Of a DNA stretch of 64,000 bases, positions 11,570-26,342 are shown piece by piece. Each line of letters begins with the position of its first letter. Position 1 is the stretch's first letter. A model generated the notes under the pieces. It ran no database searches. It was given only the letters and a program-made list of their open reading frames with translations, and was not told the origin of the DNA. This stretch comes from Octopus sinensis. Lineage: Eukaryota. The translations under genes and the position numbers were made by a program. The DNA is taken from contig NC_043004.1 in assembly GCF_006345805.1 (NCBI RefSeq), positions 372,001-436,000 of the forward strand. The letters run 5' to 3'.

Positions 11570-14470
11570 GCATGAGAAGACCCGGCAAGACTAGTCAGGC
11601 CATAACCCGTGGCCCCGACCTGGGACGTAGTCAGTCCTGTGCATACCTTCCTTCTTGTGACACTTATGAAGACCTGTTGAGGCAAGTGAAAATCAAATCA
11701 AATCAAAAACAAATCAAAATAGATGAACATCAGTGGGAATTGTATTCTTTGTTGGTACCAGTGCCGGTGGCACACAAGAAAACCACCCAAACGTGGCCGT
11801 AACCAGTACCGCATCGACTGGCCTCCGTGCTGTGGGCACAACAAACACCATCCGATCGTGGCCGTTCGCCAGCCTCATCTGGCACCTGTGCCGGTGGCAC
11901 ATAAAGACACCATCCGAAGACCGGCGACGTAGTCAGTCCACCTGTGGCATACCTTCCCTCTTATGACACTTGTGAAGACCTGTTGAGGCAGTGTGTGACA
12001 CTTGTGAAGACCTGTTGAGGCAAGTGAAAATCAACCAAATCAAAAATAGATGAATATCAATGGAATTGTATCTTTGTGGTTCCAGTACCGGTGGCACACA
12101 AGAAAACCATCCGAAGTGGCCGTAGCTGGTACCGCATCGACTGGCCTCCGTGCTGTGGGGCACAACAAACACCATCTGATCGTGGCCGTTCGCCAGCCTC
12201 AACTGGCACCTGTGTCGTGGTGGCACATAAAAACACCATCCAAAGACCCGGCGACGTAGTCAGTCCAACTGTGCATACCTTCCCTCTTATGACACTTGTG
12301 AAGACCTGTTGAGGCAGAGGCAAGTGTGTGACACTTGTGAAGACCTGTTGAGGCAGAGGCAAGTGGGTGACACTTGTGGAGACTGTTGAGGCAAGTGTGG
12401 ACACGCGTGACACTTGTGAAGACCTGTTGAGGCAAGTGAAAATCAAACCAAATCAAAATAGATGAACATCAATGGAATTTGTATCTTTGTGGTTCCAGTA
12501 CCGGTGGCACACAAGAAAACATCCGATCGTGGCCGTTCGCCAGCCACATATGGCACCTGTGTCGGTGGCACATTATAAAGACACCATCCGAAGACCGGCG
12601 ACGCAGACAGTCCACCTGTGCATACCTTCCTTCTTGTGACACTTGTGAGACTGTTGAGGAGGCAAGTGACACTTGTGAAGACCTGTTGAGGCAAGTGAAG
12701 TGAAATCAAATCAAATCAAAACAAATCAAAATAGATGACATAAATGGAATTTGTATCTTTGTGGTACCAGTGCCGGTGGCACACAAGAAAATCATCCGAA
12801 CGTGGCCGTAGCCAGTACCGCATAGACTGGCCTCCGTGCTTTGGGGACGTAACAAACACAATCCGATCGTGGCCGTCCGCCAGCCTCATCTGGCACCTGT
12901 GTCGGTGGCACATAAAAACACCATCCGAGCGTGGCCGTCTGCCAGCCTCGTCTGGCACCTGCCAGCCTCATCTGGCACCTGTGTCGGTGGCACATATAAA
13001 ACCACCATACCATCCGATCGTGGCCGTTCGCCAGCCTCATCTGGCACCTGTGCCGGTGGCACATAAAGACACCATCCGAAGACCCGGCGACGTAGTCAGT
13101 CCACTGTGCATACCTTCCCTCTTATGACACTGTGAAGACCTGTTGAGGCAAGTGTGTGACACTTGTGAAGACCTGTTGAGGCAAGTGAAAATCAAACCAA
13201 TCCAAAAATAGATGAATATCAATGGAATTTGTATCTTTGTGGTTCCAGTACGGTGTGGGCACACAAGAAAAACCATCCGAAGTGGCCGTAGCTGGTACCG
13301 CATCGACTGGCCTCCGTGCTGTGGGCACAACAACACCATCTGATCGTGGCCGTTCGCCAGCCTCACCTGGCACCTGTGTCGGTGGCACATAAAAACACCA
13401 TCCAAAGACCCGGCGACGACGTAGTCAGTCCACCTGTGCATACCTTCCCTCTTATGACACTTGTGAAGACCTGTTGAGGCAGAGGCAGTGTGTGACACTT
13501 TGTGAAGACCTGTTGAGGCAGAGGCAAGTGTGTGACACTTGTGGAGACCTGTTGAGGCAAGTGTGTGACACGCGTGACACTTGTGAAGACCTGTTGAGGC
13601 AAGTGAAAATCAAACCAAATCAAAATAGATGAACATCAATGGAATTTGTATCTTTGTGGTTCCAAGTACCGGTTGGAACACAAGAAAAACCATCGGATCG
13701 TGGCCGTTCGCCAGCCACATCTGGCACCTGTGTCGTGGCACATAAAGACACCACGAAGGACCCGGCGACGAGACAGTCCACCTGTGCATACCTTCCTTCT
13801 TGTGACACTTTGTGAAGACCTGTTGAGGCAAGTGACACTTGTGAAGACCTGTTGAGGCAAGTGAAAATCCCAAATCAAATCAAAACAATCAAAATAGATG
13901 AAACATAAATGGAATTTGTATCTTTGTGGTACCAGTGCCGGTGGCACACAAGAAAATCATACCGAACGTGGCCGTAGCCAGTACCGCATAGACTGGCCTC
14001 CGTGTGCTTTGGGGGACGTAACAAACCACCATCCGATCGTGGCCGTCCGCCAGCCTCATCTGGCACCTGTGTCGTGGTGGGCACATAAAAAACCATCCGA
14101 GCGTGGCCGTCTGCCAGCCTCGTCTGGACCTGCCAGCCTCATCTGGCCCCTGTGTCGGTGGCACATAATAAAAACCACCTCCGAGCGTGGCCGTCTGCCA
14201 GCCTCGTCTGGCACCTGTGTCGGTGGCACATAAAAACACCATCCGAGCGTGGCCGTTCGCCAGCCTCGTCTGGCACCTGTGTCGTGGCACATAAAATCAC
14301 CCACTACACTCTCGAGTGGTTGGCGTTAGGAAGGGCATCCAGCTGTAGAAACACTGCCAGATCTGACTGGCCTGGTGCAGCCTTCGGCTCCCCAGACCCC
14401 CATTGAACCGTCCAACCCATGCTAGCATGGAGAACGGACGCTAAATGATGATGATGATGATGATGATGAT
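11570..14470 (+). repeat. RTE-type 3' UTR expanded into a ~2.7 kb complex tandem array (7 units of ~270-480 bp; ~1.16 kb higher-order period)
   Basis: The marker aaaatagatga recurs at ~11719, 12046, 12458, 12731, 13207, 13624 and 13893. A single terminal RTE tail with (GAT)n follows at 14300-14470. Confidence 0.85.
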
Positions 14471-14901
14471 GATACACATATATACTCATATATACATATA
14501 CACATATATACATATACACACATATATATGTACACATACATATACACATATATACATATACACATACGCACACACATATATATACCACACACATATACAC
14601 ACATACACATATATACCTACATATATATGTATGTATACATACATACATATACACATATTTAAGTACAAGCACATACATATGCATGCATGTTTACTCGGCT
14701 GACTGGGACATCAAGTTTTTTGCCTGTCAAGCAAGCTTGTTTTGAATGAAACATACGGCCATCTGTAACAAATTATTTTAATTGAACATAATAAATAACA
14801 TTATTTTAATTAAACTCAATACATAACATTATTTGTGACATCTAACCACCATCTTGTATCCTTTCTTTTAGAATGGGGTCTAGTTCATATCTAGCCTTTA
14901 T

Positions 14902-14941
<40 letters not shown>

Positions 14942-17744
14942 TATATACTTCATACCACACACAACACATTAAATATGCATATATTCAATACAGAAATGTA
15001 AGTTAAGAGCTACAAAAATATTTTTTTAATTAGTATATATATATAGATATATATATAATAAAACATGGTATATATATATATATACACACACACACACATA
15101 CACACACAAACCAACAATGATACCACACTAGAAATCATATATTTCAAATTATATAAGAAAGCAAAACAAAATAGAAGTTTGTTCATAAAAATTATTTAGT
15201 TACACCATCTTACACACATTTCATTAATAATGAAACACACAAATTATATAAGGGAAACTTTTATAAGCAGATTGCACTGTCAAATCTTCAGAGATTGCTT
15301 ATCTCTCATTAATAATCTTTAGTAGTCATACTGGACTGCCAACAGGGCTATATTATCAACTAACATAACAAAAGTATTGAATTAGTTAAAGAATCAGCTC
15401 ATATATTCACGAAAGGAGACGGGAAGTGTTTGGAAATGATAATTCTTTTAGGTTAGTTGGTTACCAAACATGTCAATAGCTTATGGCCTCTATATCGAAA
15501 CTCTACCCAAACCACTGATTTTGTCAACCAATGGCCCATCCGCTATTCTTTCAGGGATTGTGCATTTTCTTTGTTTGTGGTTCAGAAACAGTCTCTAATC
15601 TGCTTCAGACTAACATTATAGCTGCCCCCTCTATCCTTTGCCTCCCTTCATGTCTAGCCAACACAGACTAATATCAAAGAAGTCCTTGGTAACAAAGGGC
15701 CCCACCTTTTCATGGCAGAGAGATGTGGCTTTTCAGTTGCAGTGAAGGTAACCCCTTTAGAAAGTTGGTCAACTCAAACAAGCCAAACAGTGAAAAAAAG
15801 GAGCCCTAATTTCAAAGGGAAGACATGGACAGCAAAAGTCACAGCAAAACTAATCTGAGAGTAGTAACTTAAATTTGGTGCTTATTCTATTGGTACCTTT
15901 TTTTTCAAACTCCTAGATTATGGTATGTAAACAAACCAACACTAGTTACCAAGCAGTAGGAGTGGACAAACACACACACACACACACAGATATGTACATG
16001 TACATGCACACGACATCCTTACATTCACTCACAAGGCATTGGTCAGTCTGGTGCTATAGTAAACGACATTTGCCCAAAGAGCCTCACAATAGGATTGAAC
16101 TTGAAACCATGTGATTGCAAAGCAGGCTTCTTAACCCCAACATCATGATATTCATTTAACCCCAACATGATTTTTATCATTTAACATTTGGGTTAAACAG
16201 GACTGTCTCCCCACTTTTCACATCAAATATACAAAGAAAACAGTGACTCTGTTATTGTAAATATAACCTGAAACCTGAAGCACACAAACACTGTCACCTC
16301 TGTAAGTTGTCATCTTCTGGAAATGAGTCAATACTGTGAAATGGTTTTCATTCTTGAAAGGCATCCAGACATGAAGAGCATGCCAAAAGAGAACTTCTTC
16401 AGTGCTTGTGCCATGTAAAAAGCATCTGGTACACTCTGTAAAGTGGTTAGTGTTAGGGAGGGCATCAAGCCATGGAAACCATGCCCAAACCTGGTGCAGC
16501 TCCTGTTAATCCATTCAACCCATGCCAGCATGGAAAATGGACATTAAATGAAGATGATGATGATGATGATGAGACATGACAAAAAAAGAGATTAAAATAT
16601 TGATATTTGATGCTACATGCATTAATTTGAGACAAAAAAAATGAATATCGTGCTAATTTGTTGCATCTTGGAAGGGTCATTATGCCAGTAATAAACACAT
16701 GCACTGGTTCTATTTCACTTCTTTACTTTTTGTTAGTCAATTGGTTAACTATTTAACCAATTAACTAACCAGTTGTTTGGTTAATCATTCAGTCAATTAA
16801 TCAGTTAGGTTTGTTAAAGTGAGACAAACCTGAAGCAAAGCTAAAACAGTGAAGCCATGTCCCTGATGACAAACCTAGATGAATGATTGATTGATTGATG
16901 ATTGACCAAATGATAAATTAATTAGTTAAATAGGTAATCAACTTATTAATGATAATAAAAGAAATGAAGTAGAACTAGTTTGTTCATTATTGACATTATG
17001 ACCCTGCTGAGATACAACAAAATTTGTTTCAACACCAGAGTTCACATCAAGAATCCTACAAACCAATTACAAAAATGAAAAATTACTAGCTGACTACACT
17101 AACGAGAGCTGAAGAGTCTGTAATTAATAATGCAGTCACCAGGAAAGTGATCATTTCTCCTTCCTGCCTTAAATTGATGTTTACACTGCGTAACATCCTT
17201 CACATCAACTTGTTGTCAACTAACTCACCGCTTAAAAGAACAATGATGAGGAATTACTAATTATTGATGGAGAGTAGAGGTAAGGCCAATTCAATCCATA
17301 CAAGTCTATGATCTCATTCCTTATTCCCAGGTGAATCCACTTTGGTTTATTTTTTTCTATTCTAGGCACAAGGCCCAAAATTTGGGGGAGAAGGCCAGTC
17401 GATTACATCAACCCTAGTATTCAACTGGTACTTAATTTATCGACCCCGAAAGGATGAAAGGCAAAGTTGACCTCGGCAGAATTCCACTTTGGTTTATTGG
17501 CAAGACAAAGGGTCTGAATCTCCCCAAGAACTACATTAAGGGCACACGTGTCTGTGGAGTGTTCAGCCACTTGCACGTTAATTTCACGAGCAGGCTGTTC
17601 CGTTGATCGGATCAACTGGAACCCTCGTCGTCGTAACCGACGGAGTGCCACGGTCTAAGGTACTGAGTTCTTTGTGTTTTGATCATAAAGTTAATTTGTA
17701 GGTAACAATGCTTGCAACTACACCTGTGTGTATGTATGTGTGTC

Positions 17745-17792
<48 letters not shown>

Positions 17793-18484
17793 CATAATAT
17801 CACAAACAGAGAGAAAGGAAGAAAATAGAATAACATGACACTTAGGAAAAAAAGATGGTAAAAATAAAGATATGGGAGAAAGGAATGTTTGCAGAGTGGT
17901 GTAGGAAGATTGGCATTTGGTAAATGGAAGGAAAAGCGATTCCAGAAATGTCAGCCAAAGAAATAAAATTTGATAATTAAATTAAATTCCTTCTCAAGAT
18001 CTAATCCAGGATTGAACACCAGAAACACGTGCGTTTCTGTTAAAGGAAAAGCGTGTACAGAGAAAATGCAAAGCAGGTTCCCTTCAGGGTTCAGTAGGAG
18101 GGATCAGCAACAGGAAAATAATACACTCTAAATTAGGACACAGCTGAAGGAAACACACAACACAAACATGAATGGCCTTGTTACTGTTGTTTAGCCCTGG
18201 GTCAACTTTGCTTGAGCAGACCTATAATCAAAGATATTCCAAATACAAATAACCTGACCATCTAGAACAGTGGTTCCCAAACCTTTTTATTTAAATGAGT
18301 TTTTAATATGCTTATCCTTATGTGTGTATAAATATATATATATATACCAAAGGAAAGAGAGATCACAGCCGTAGCTTACACCAGTGTTGCATAACTAGCC
18401 CATTTAAAAAGTACCTTTGAATCGTCGGGCAACACACCATGCTTGAGGAGACCCATTGAGTCAAGTAAATCAAAACACAAAACA

Positions 18485-19205
18485 CATTGCTTATATTGCC
18501 AAGAAGGCTGAGGGTTTCTTGGCATCACTTACCAAGTCCTTTGTGAACTGCTCTCCGGCTATCTATCTGCGGCTTTATATAGTTATGGTGCGGCCTCACC
18601 TGGAATATGCATCACCGGTCTGGAACCCCTATCTTGCCCAGGATATTAATCGTCTGGAAACTGTTCAGCAACGTGCAACCAAGAGAATACCCTCCATCAG
18701 AAATTTGCCATATTCTGAACGCCTTATTTCCCTGGGCATCAATACATTGAAACTCCAACATCTGGCAGCTGACTTGGCAGACACCCATAAAATTATTAAC
18801 CATCTTACAAACAATAAACTCTGAGCACCTTTTCAATCTCCACCTGTCTAACACCCGTGGACATGTTTACAAAGTCAGAAAACAGCACAGTTCCCATGAC
18901 TTTCAGAAACATTTTTTCACGCTAAGAGTTGCTGAAGCATGGAACAAACTGCCGGCATCAGTTCTTAGTTGTTGGAGCACTGCATCCTTAAAAACTTCCA
19001 TGCTTCCTGAGATTTGCCAACACTACACCTGAGATTCGCCAACACTACACCTGATTTTCTCCCCTCCATACACACGCAAGCATGTATCTGACTCATACAA
19101 CGTTCACTTTCCAGACATTTGTACATTACTGCATTTGCTTTATACACACTTTTGACAAGTTGTGGGGCACCAGAGCACTGTATACAATAATTTTATTATT
19201 ATTAA
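18485..19205 (+). mobile_element. CR1-clade LINE 3' fragment (RT C-terminus plus 3' UTR, (ATT)n tail)
   Basis: ORF 18456-18824 contains RPHLEYASPVWNPY..DINRLETVQQRATK. The same 3' UTR occurs at 38101-38627 and 62525-62935. Confidence 0.9.
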
Positions 19206-21379
19206 TATTATAAAATCAAAATCAAATCAAATCACAATCAAATGGAAGTTGTAGTTGGGCCGATGCCAGTGCTGGTGGCATGCAATAAGCACCATTTGTG
19301 CCAGGGGGAGGTGAGGGAGAGAATGAGAGAAACATTAAAACGTCCGATGTCAAATCAGTCAGCATTGAATCAATGACACCAAAGAGGCAACACTAAAACA
19401 GCTGCACCAAAATGTCTTAAACCCCAGCCATACTGACACTGATTCAGCAATAAAAATTACTGTCTACTCAAAGTAGCAAATCTGTTAATCAGCTCAATAC
19501 AGCAACCATAATCTTTATCTTTTGCCGTTTACTTGTTTCTGTCATTAGACTGTGGGCCATGCTGGAGCATCACACTGAACAAATCACCCCAGGAATTATT
19601 GTTTAAAACTTGGCACTTATTTTGTCAGTCTATTTTGCCAAACTAAATAACAGGGACATAAACAATCTAACACCAGTTGTCAAGCAGTGTTGGGAGACAG
19701 ACACACAAACATACACATATATATGTGTGAGTAGGTATATAACATATCATCATCACTATCATCATCATCATCATCGTTTAACATCCGTTTTCAATGCTGG
19801 CATGGGTTGGACAGTTTGATTGAGGTCTGGCAAGCCAGAAGGCTGCACCAGGCTCCAGTTTGATTGGCATGGTTTTCTACAGCTGCATGCCCTTCCTAAT
19901 GCCAACCACTCCAAGAGAGTAGTGAGTGTTTTTTATATGCCACCAGCACAAGAGCCAGTCAGGTGGGCCTGGTATCAATCATGTTCGGATAGCGCTTTTT
20001 ACATGCCACTGGCACGGGAGCCAGTCAGGAAACCCTGGTAGTGATCACGTTCAGATGGTGCTTTTTACGTGCCACTGGCATGGGAGCCAGTCAGGGACGC
20101 TGGCATTGACCACGTTCAGATGATGCATTTCATGTGCTATCGGAACAGAAGTGTGCATGTGTGTGTACATATATATGTGTGTATATCAAGGTATTGACTA
20201 GACTATTGGATGTTGTTATACATCACTGGTCACAACGCGCTTTGCATTGTTTTGGCTTTTGAATGATGCCACATGATCAGAAGGTTAATTTGTTGCATGG
20301 GTACCCATTTACAGCTGAGTGGACTGATGCAACATGAAATTAAATGTTTTGCTCAAGAACACAACACGCAGCCAGTCTGAGAATCGAAACCACAATCTCA
20401 ATGTCATAAGTGCATACCTTTAACCCATTGCCTGCAATGGGCCCCATTTGAGGATCTGCTAAAAACAGTCACACTGCCAGTTGTTCATTGTATTTGAAGT
20501 GGATTACTTATGTACATAGCATTTGCAGAGGTGTGTTTAATAATATTTAGTAGTTAAAGTTTGTAATTATAAGCTCTAGTTAATTCTGGAGAACATTTTA
20601 TGTCATAAATTGCAATTTTTGAACTACAAAAATATTGACTTTTGAAAACCTTTTATTTTTATCTTTTTGCATTTCCCATCTATATCATTCATTGATATTT
20701 CATACACATTCGCATTTGATATTATAGTTTCAAAAAACACTAAGATGTTTATTATTGCAACTGAATAGAAAAGGATAAATATGCTTTTTTTCAGTGATCC
20801 CCATTTGGGACTTTTCGAAACATTTCTCATAATTTCCAAAATAATTTACATATGAAGAAAATTTAAATACTACAAATTATTTTAATTCCTAAGACACCTG
20901 GCAAAGCCCAAAAATATGAATGAAACAATTTGGCACTTAATTGGTTAACCACTAGGCCACACACACACACACACACACACACAACATAGTTTCCGTCTTT
21001 CGAGCATTGGTCAGCTCAAAGTAATAACAGAAGATGCTTATCCAAGGTGAAGTGCAGTGGAACTGAACCAGAAAACACAAAGTTACAAAGTGAGCTTCTT
21101 TAACCACACAGCCACGCCTGTGCCTATCTTGATACGGAAAATTTCCTTCGTAATTACATTTAACAGAGGAGAAATAATATTTTTAAGATCCTCCATTCAA
21201 AGAAATATTGCCATGAAATGATGATGATGAGACCTAGATAGGATATCTATCTAAGAAATATATAAATTGAGAGATTCCACAGAGCAGGGGCATCCGAAGC
21301 AGTCCACCTCCAATTTTGCTAAGTATCCACTTGAGAGGAACAAAATTCCTAAGACATCAACACAGTAAACTTATAATAT

Positions 21380-21402
21380 TGCTTGTGTATATGTGTGTAT
21401 GT

Positions 21403-21433
<31 letters not shown>

Positions 21434-21548
21434 GTGTGTGTATGTATGTATATTTATTCACACACATATACATACACATACATATATATTATATATATAT
21501 ATATATGCCCACACACATATACATACATATATATATGCTTACATACAT

Positions 21549-21602
<54 letters not shown>

Positions 21603-21740
21603 TCACACACATATACATACATATATATATATGCCCACACACATACACATACATATATGCACACACACATACATACATGTACACATATATATATATGTAT
21701 ACACACACATATACATACGTGTGTGTGTGTGTATACATAA
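21380..21740. repeat. (TA)n/(CA)n compound microsatellite
   Basis: Direct inspection. Confidence 0.9.
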
Positions 21741-23315
21741 AGACATATGCAAGAGGCCATTCAAACAGGCTCCTATATAAACACAATGAACCCCCAAAGT
21801 TGCATTGAAAACAACAAAAACTCCAACTGCATGAAGCTACATTCCAGTAAAAACTTGTCCAGACACTTGAAACGGATTAAACACCATTGAAAAATACAGT
21901 CCCATGTTTACAAACAAACGCAGAGAAACTGTCTGTGAAATAACTGGTGAAGAACATACAGTGTCTGGTTTGACTCCAAACAGCATTTCGAAATAATATA
22001 GTTCTGTTTATTGGAAATAAACACAACAGGGAAGAGGCTTCATAAAATAAAATAAAAGTAGAAGAAACAGAATTTGAGAAAAAAAAATTATACATATTTA
22101 ACAGGAGAGAAATATAGTGTTAAATATGTGGATGTGTTAGTATACATATATATATATCATCATCATCATCGTCGTTTAACGTCCGCTTTCCATGCTAGCA
22201 TGGGTTGGACAATTTGACTGAGGGCTGGCAAGCCAGAAGGCTGCACCAGGTTCCATTCTTGATCTGGCAGAGTTTCTACAGCTGGATGCCCTTCCTAACG
22301 CCAACCACTCCGAGAGTGTAGTGAGTGCTTTTACGTACCACCAGCACAAGGGCCAGTCAGGCAGTACTGGCAACAGCCACGCTCAAATGTTTTTATACAT
22401 TCCACTGGCACAAGTGCTAGTAAGGCGACGCTGGTAACGATCACACTCAAATGGTGCCCTTTTACATGCCACCGGCACGGAAGCCAGTTAGCTGCTCTAG
22501 CAACAATCACGCTTGGATGGTGCTCTTAGCACCCTACTAGCACAGGACAGAAGTTCCAGTAAGGCGATGCTGGTAACGATCAGACTCGATATATATATAT
22601 ATATATATATATATAAACACACATACACATATATACATACGTGTGTGTGTGTGTGTGTATGGATGTATGCATGTATGTATGTATGTATGTATAACTGGTA
22701 CAGGTCTGAAAAATCAAACCTCTCATCCTAGTCCAAGTGACTACTAAATCACAATACAGGGAACCCTAACAAAGGGCTTCCCTAAGTCAGCAAATACCAA
22801 GTATAGCGGCTTACTCCTGGCTACATATATCCAAGTAACGCAGTCACCTTAATAAGAAGAGGGTATCATTAGGGCACCTGCCAGGTACAAAGATAAATTG
22901 CATTTCATCTATGTTCATTCTTTTATCTTCTATCTTGCACTTGTTTCACTCATTAGACCATGGTTATGCTGGGGCACACCCTTGAAGAATTTTTAGTCAA
23001 ATGAATCGACCCCAAGACTTATTTCTTTAAAGCATGGTTCTTATTTTATCAGTCTATTTTGCTGAACCACTGGGTTAAGGGGACAAAAACACACCAAAAC
23101 CGATTGTCAAGCAGTAGTAGGGGACAAACACAAACACACATAGATATATGTGCTATGCTAAAAGCACCCAGTACACACACTGCAAGGTGGTTGGCATTAG
23201 GAAGGGCATCCAGCTGTAGAAACCAAGCCTGGTGCAGCTCCCTGGCTTGCCAGCTCTGGTCAAACTATCCAAACCATGCCAGTGTGGAAAACAGATGTTA
23301 AAGGACAATGATAAC

Positions 23316-23352
<37 letters not shown>

Positions 23353-23764
23353 TGAGGGCTTCTTTCAGTTTCCATCTACAAAATCCACTCACAAAGCTTT
23401 AGTCAGCCCAAAGCTATAGCAGAAGACACTTGCCCAAGATGCCACGCAATGGTACTGAACCTGAGACCGTGTGGTTGGGAAGCAAGCTATTCTAATTAAT
23501 TTCAGAAACTGTCATAATCTGATCCAAAGGTCTGTTATTTTGATAATTATGTCCCATTTGCCTAATTAGCAGCTGACAATGATGCTGCTGTTCCAGGTAT
23601 GATACCTTTCTGAATCCCTTGATTAAATATTCAGGTGACTAGCTCATAACCTACATTGCTAATGTTTGAAACCTCTCAGTAGCAATTCCAAATGGTGCAA
23701 GAGCCTGCTCTGTCTTAAGATTTTTAACTGGCCTCTCTAAACATGTACGTATGCATATATGTAG

Positions 23765-23829
<65 letters not shown>

Positions 23830-23845
<16 letters not shown>

Positions 23846-23992
23846 TTAGAGACAAAACCACTATTATGCAAATCAAACAAAGAAAGACTTAATCCAATAC
23901 ATAAAAAATTTATATAATTAAATAAAATTAAGTTATCCACTACAATTGTTTCTTGTCACTTCTAAGGACATTCATCAGGTGGTTTTCAGACC
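23830..23992 (-). mobile_element. Penelope-like element terminal remnant carrying the hammerhead
   Basis: The hammerhead is followed by an AT-rich trailer, the architecture known for Penelope pseudo-LTRs. It abuts an RTE 3' fragment at ~23995. Confidence 0.5.
23937..23982 (-). ncRNA. Minimal type I hammerhead ribozyme motif (Penelope-like-element type)
   Basis: The minus strand reads CCAC-CUGAUGA-a-UGUC(cuuagaagu)GACA-a-GAAA-CAAUUG-UA-GUGG. That gives a 4-bp stem I, an intact core, a 4-bp stem II, a palindromic short stem III and a GUA cleavage triplet. Confidence 0.75.
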
Positions 23993-25273
23993 TTGTGGAA
24001 GGAACCTGTGGAAGGAACCTGTGGAAGAGGTAAACCCAAGAAGACATGGGATGAGGTGGTGAAGCATGACCTTCGAGCATTGGGCCTCACAGAGGCAAAG
24101 ACAGGAGACCGAGACCTTTGGAGATAGGCCGTAATTGAGAAGACTCAGCAACTAAAGTGAGATTTCAGCCACACATGTCTGGCCCAGTTAAAAGTACCCC
24201 TGATGTGTTATACCATATGATATGCTTGAGAAGACCTACTGAGTAAAACAAATATCATAGCTGTGACCAGTGGCCCCTGACTGGTTCCCATGCTGGTGGT
24301 ACGTAAAATGCACCACCCGAACATGATTGATGCCAGGATCCTGTACCAGTGGCACGTAAAAAGCACTCACTATACTCTCGGAGTGGTTGGCATTAGGAAG
24401 GGCATTCAGCTGTAGAAATATTGCCAGATCAGATTGGAGCCTGGTGCAGCCACTGGCGCTCCAAACCTCAGTCAAACTGTCTAACCCATGCCAGCATGGA
24501 AAACACGTGAAACCATGATGATATATACAAAAGTTTAAAGATTTATAAAACAAAAAGATTAAATGAACTGGCTTTAATCACAAATCACAATAATTGTTTC
24601 TGTGTATTGGTAAAAGCTGTTAGTTGCTGAGTTTTCCATATCCATACTATTGCATCATCATCATCATCGTTTAACGTCCGTTTTCCATGCTGGCATGGGT
24701 TGGACTGAGGTCTGGAGAGGCAGCGGTAGCACCAAGCTCCAATCTGATCTGGCAATGTTTCTACAGCAGGATGCCCTTCCTAACACTAACCACTCCGAGA
24801 GCGCAGTGGGTGCTTTTTACGTGCCATAAGCACAGGAGCCAGTCAGGCGGACCTAGCATCGACCACGTTTGGATGGTGATTTTTACATGCCACCAGCACG
24901 CAAGCCAGTGTGGGGGCACTGGCATCAGCCACATTCAGGTGGTGCTTTTTACATGCCACCGGTATGAGAGCCAGTCAGGCAAGCCAAGCATCGACCACAT
25001 TCAAGTGGTGCTTTTTACATGCCACTAGCACGGGAGTCAGCAAGAACTCTGGTCCCAGCTACGATTTTGGTTTACTTGACTCAACAGCTCTTCTCAAGCA
25101 TGTCATATCACCCAACACATCAGGGTATTCTTAACAGGGCCAGACATGCGTGGCAGCGATGCCAGTACCCCTGAAATATTATAAAATAATTACAAATAAA
25201 CATGATCCAGCATATATGTAGAGGTATGTGTGTGTGTGTGCATATATATACTTATACATACATACATACATAC

Positions 25274-25331
<58 letters not shown>

Positions 25332-25596
25332 TATATACACACACACTCACACACATACTTACAGGCAGAGACAAAGGGTGACAGAGAGATAGACAGAAAG
25401 AGAGATAAATAATGTAATGAGAATAAAAAAGAACTTGGTAAATTAACTTAGAAACATTACCACATAAATCATACTAAATGGACAATAAATATCTACACTT
25501 ATGAAGCATGTCTAAGGATGTTTTGAGTTGTCCATTCATACATACATACATATATATATGATATATATATACATACACAGACACAGACTCACACTC

Positions 25597-25628
<32 letters not shown>

Positions 25629-26290
25629 ATATACATACACAGACACAAAGACTCACACTCATATATATACACACACACACACATACTCTTTAACTAGTTT
25701 CAGCTTGACAGCTGTGACCATGCTGGGGCACCACCGTTACACACATACACACACACACGCACACACACACACACTCACATATATATATACATAAGAAACA
25801 TCAGTTTTGTTTAGCTGTTGGTGGGGGTGAGCAGCAGCAGCAAATTCACAAAGCAGACAGATCTGTATAAAGTTTCAACCATTCCTGCAATTGGTAGCAG
25901 AACCTATTGCAAAACCATCTGTGACCTGCTCAGATGATGAAGGCTGCCAACGTACAAGACAAGTGTGGGACTAATTAAAGTCAGCGATAGATGTGTGTGT
26001 GTGTGTGCATGCGTGTGTGTGTACGTATAATGTGTGCATATATATTAGTCGGAGTTTTAACAGAGATTTCTTAACATCACAGCTAAATGGCAACTACACA
26101 TTAGATTATCATTAAAGATAGGTGAGTGTGTGTGTGTGAGAGAATGTGTGTGTGTGTGTGTGTGTGCATGTGTACGTATATGTAAACATATGTATATTTG
26201 AGTATTTATATCTATACGTAGATTACACACAAACACACATGTATATACATATGTATATTTGTGTATCTCTCTCCCTCTCTCTCTCTCTTT

Positions 26291-26342
<52 letters not shown>

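Noticed and set aside
10189-11594. Y/I/H/T/C/V-rich ORFs (also 14304-14702, 21383-21808, 58006-58350, 63099-63676)
   Set aside because: They are translations of microsatellites.
11640-13870. ctgttgaggcaagtgaaa in the array as a retrozyme-type hammerhead
   Set aside because: The core is CUGUUGA (A6 missing), and there is no stem II or GUH site.
14693-14762. Minus-strand DGRMFHSKQ after an acceptor, as a candidate HTATSF1 'DGRWFGGRQ' exon
   Set aside because: Similarity is limited to 4-5 residues, the flanking residues do not match the UHM, and the donor is weak.
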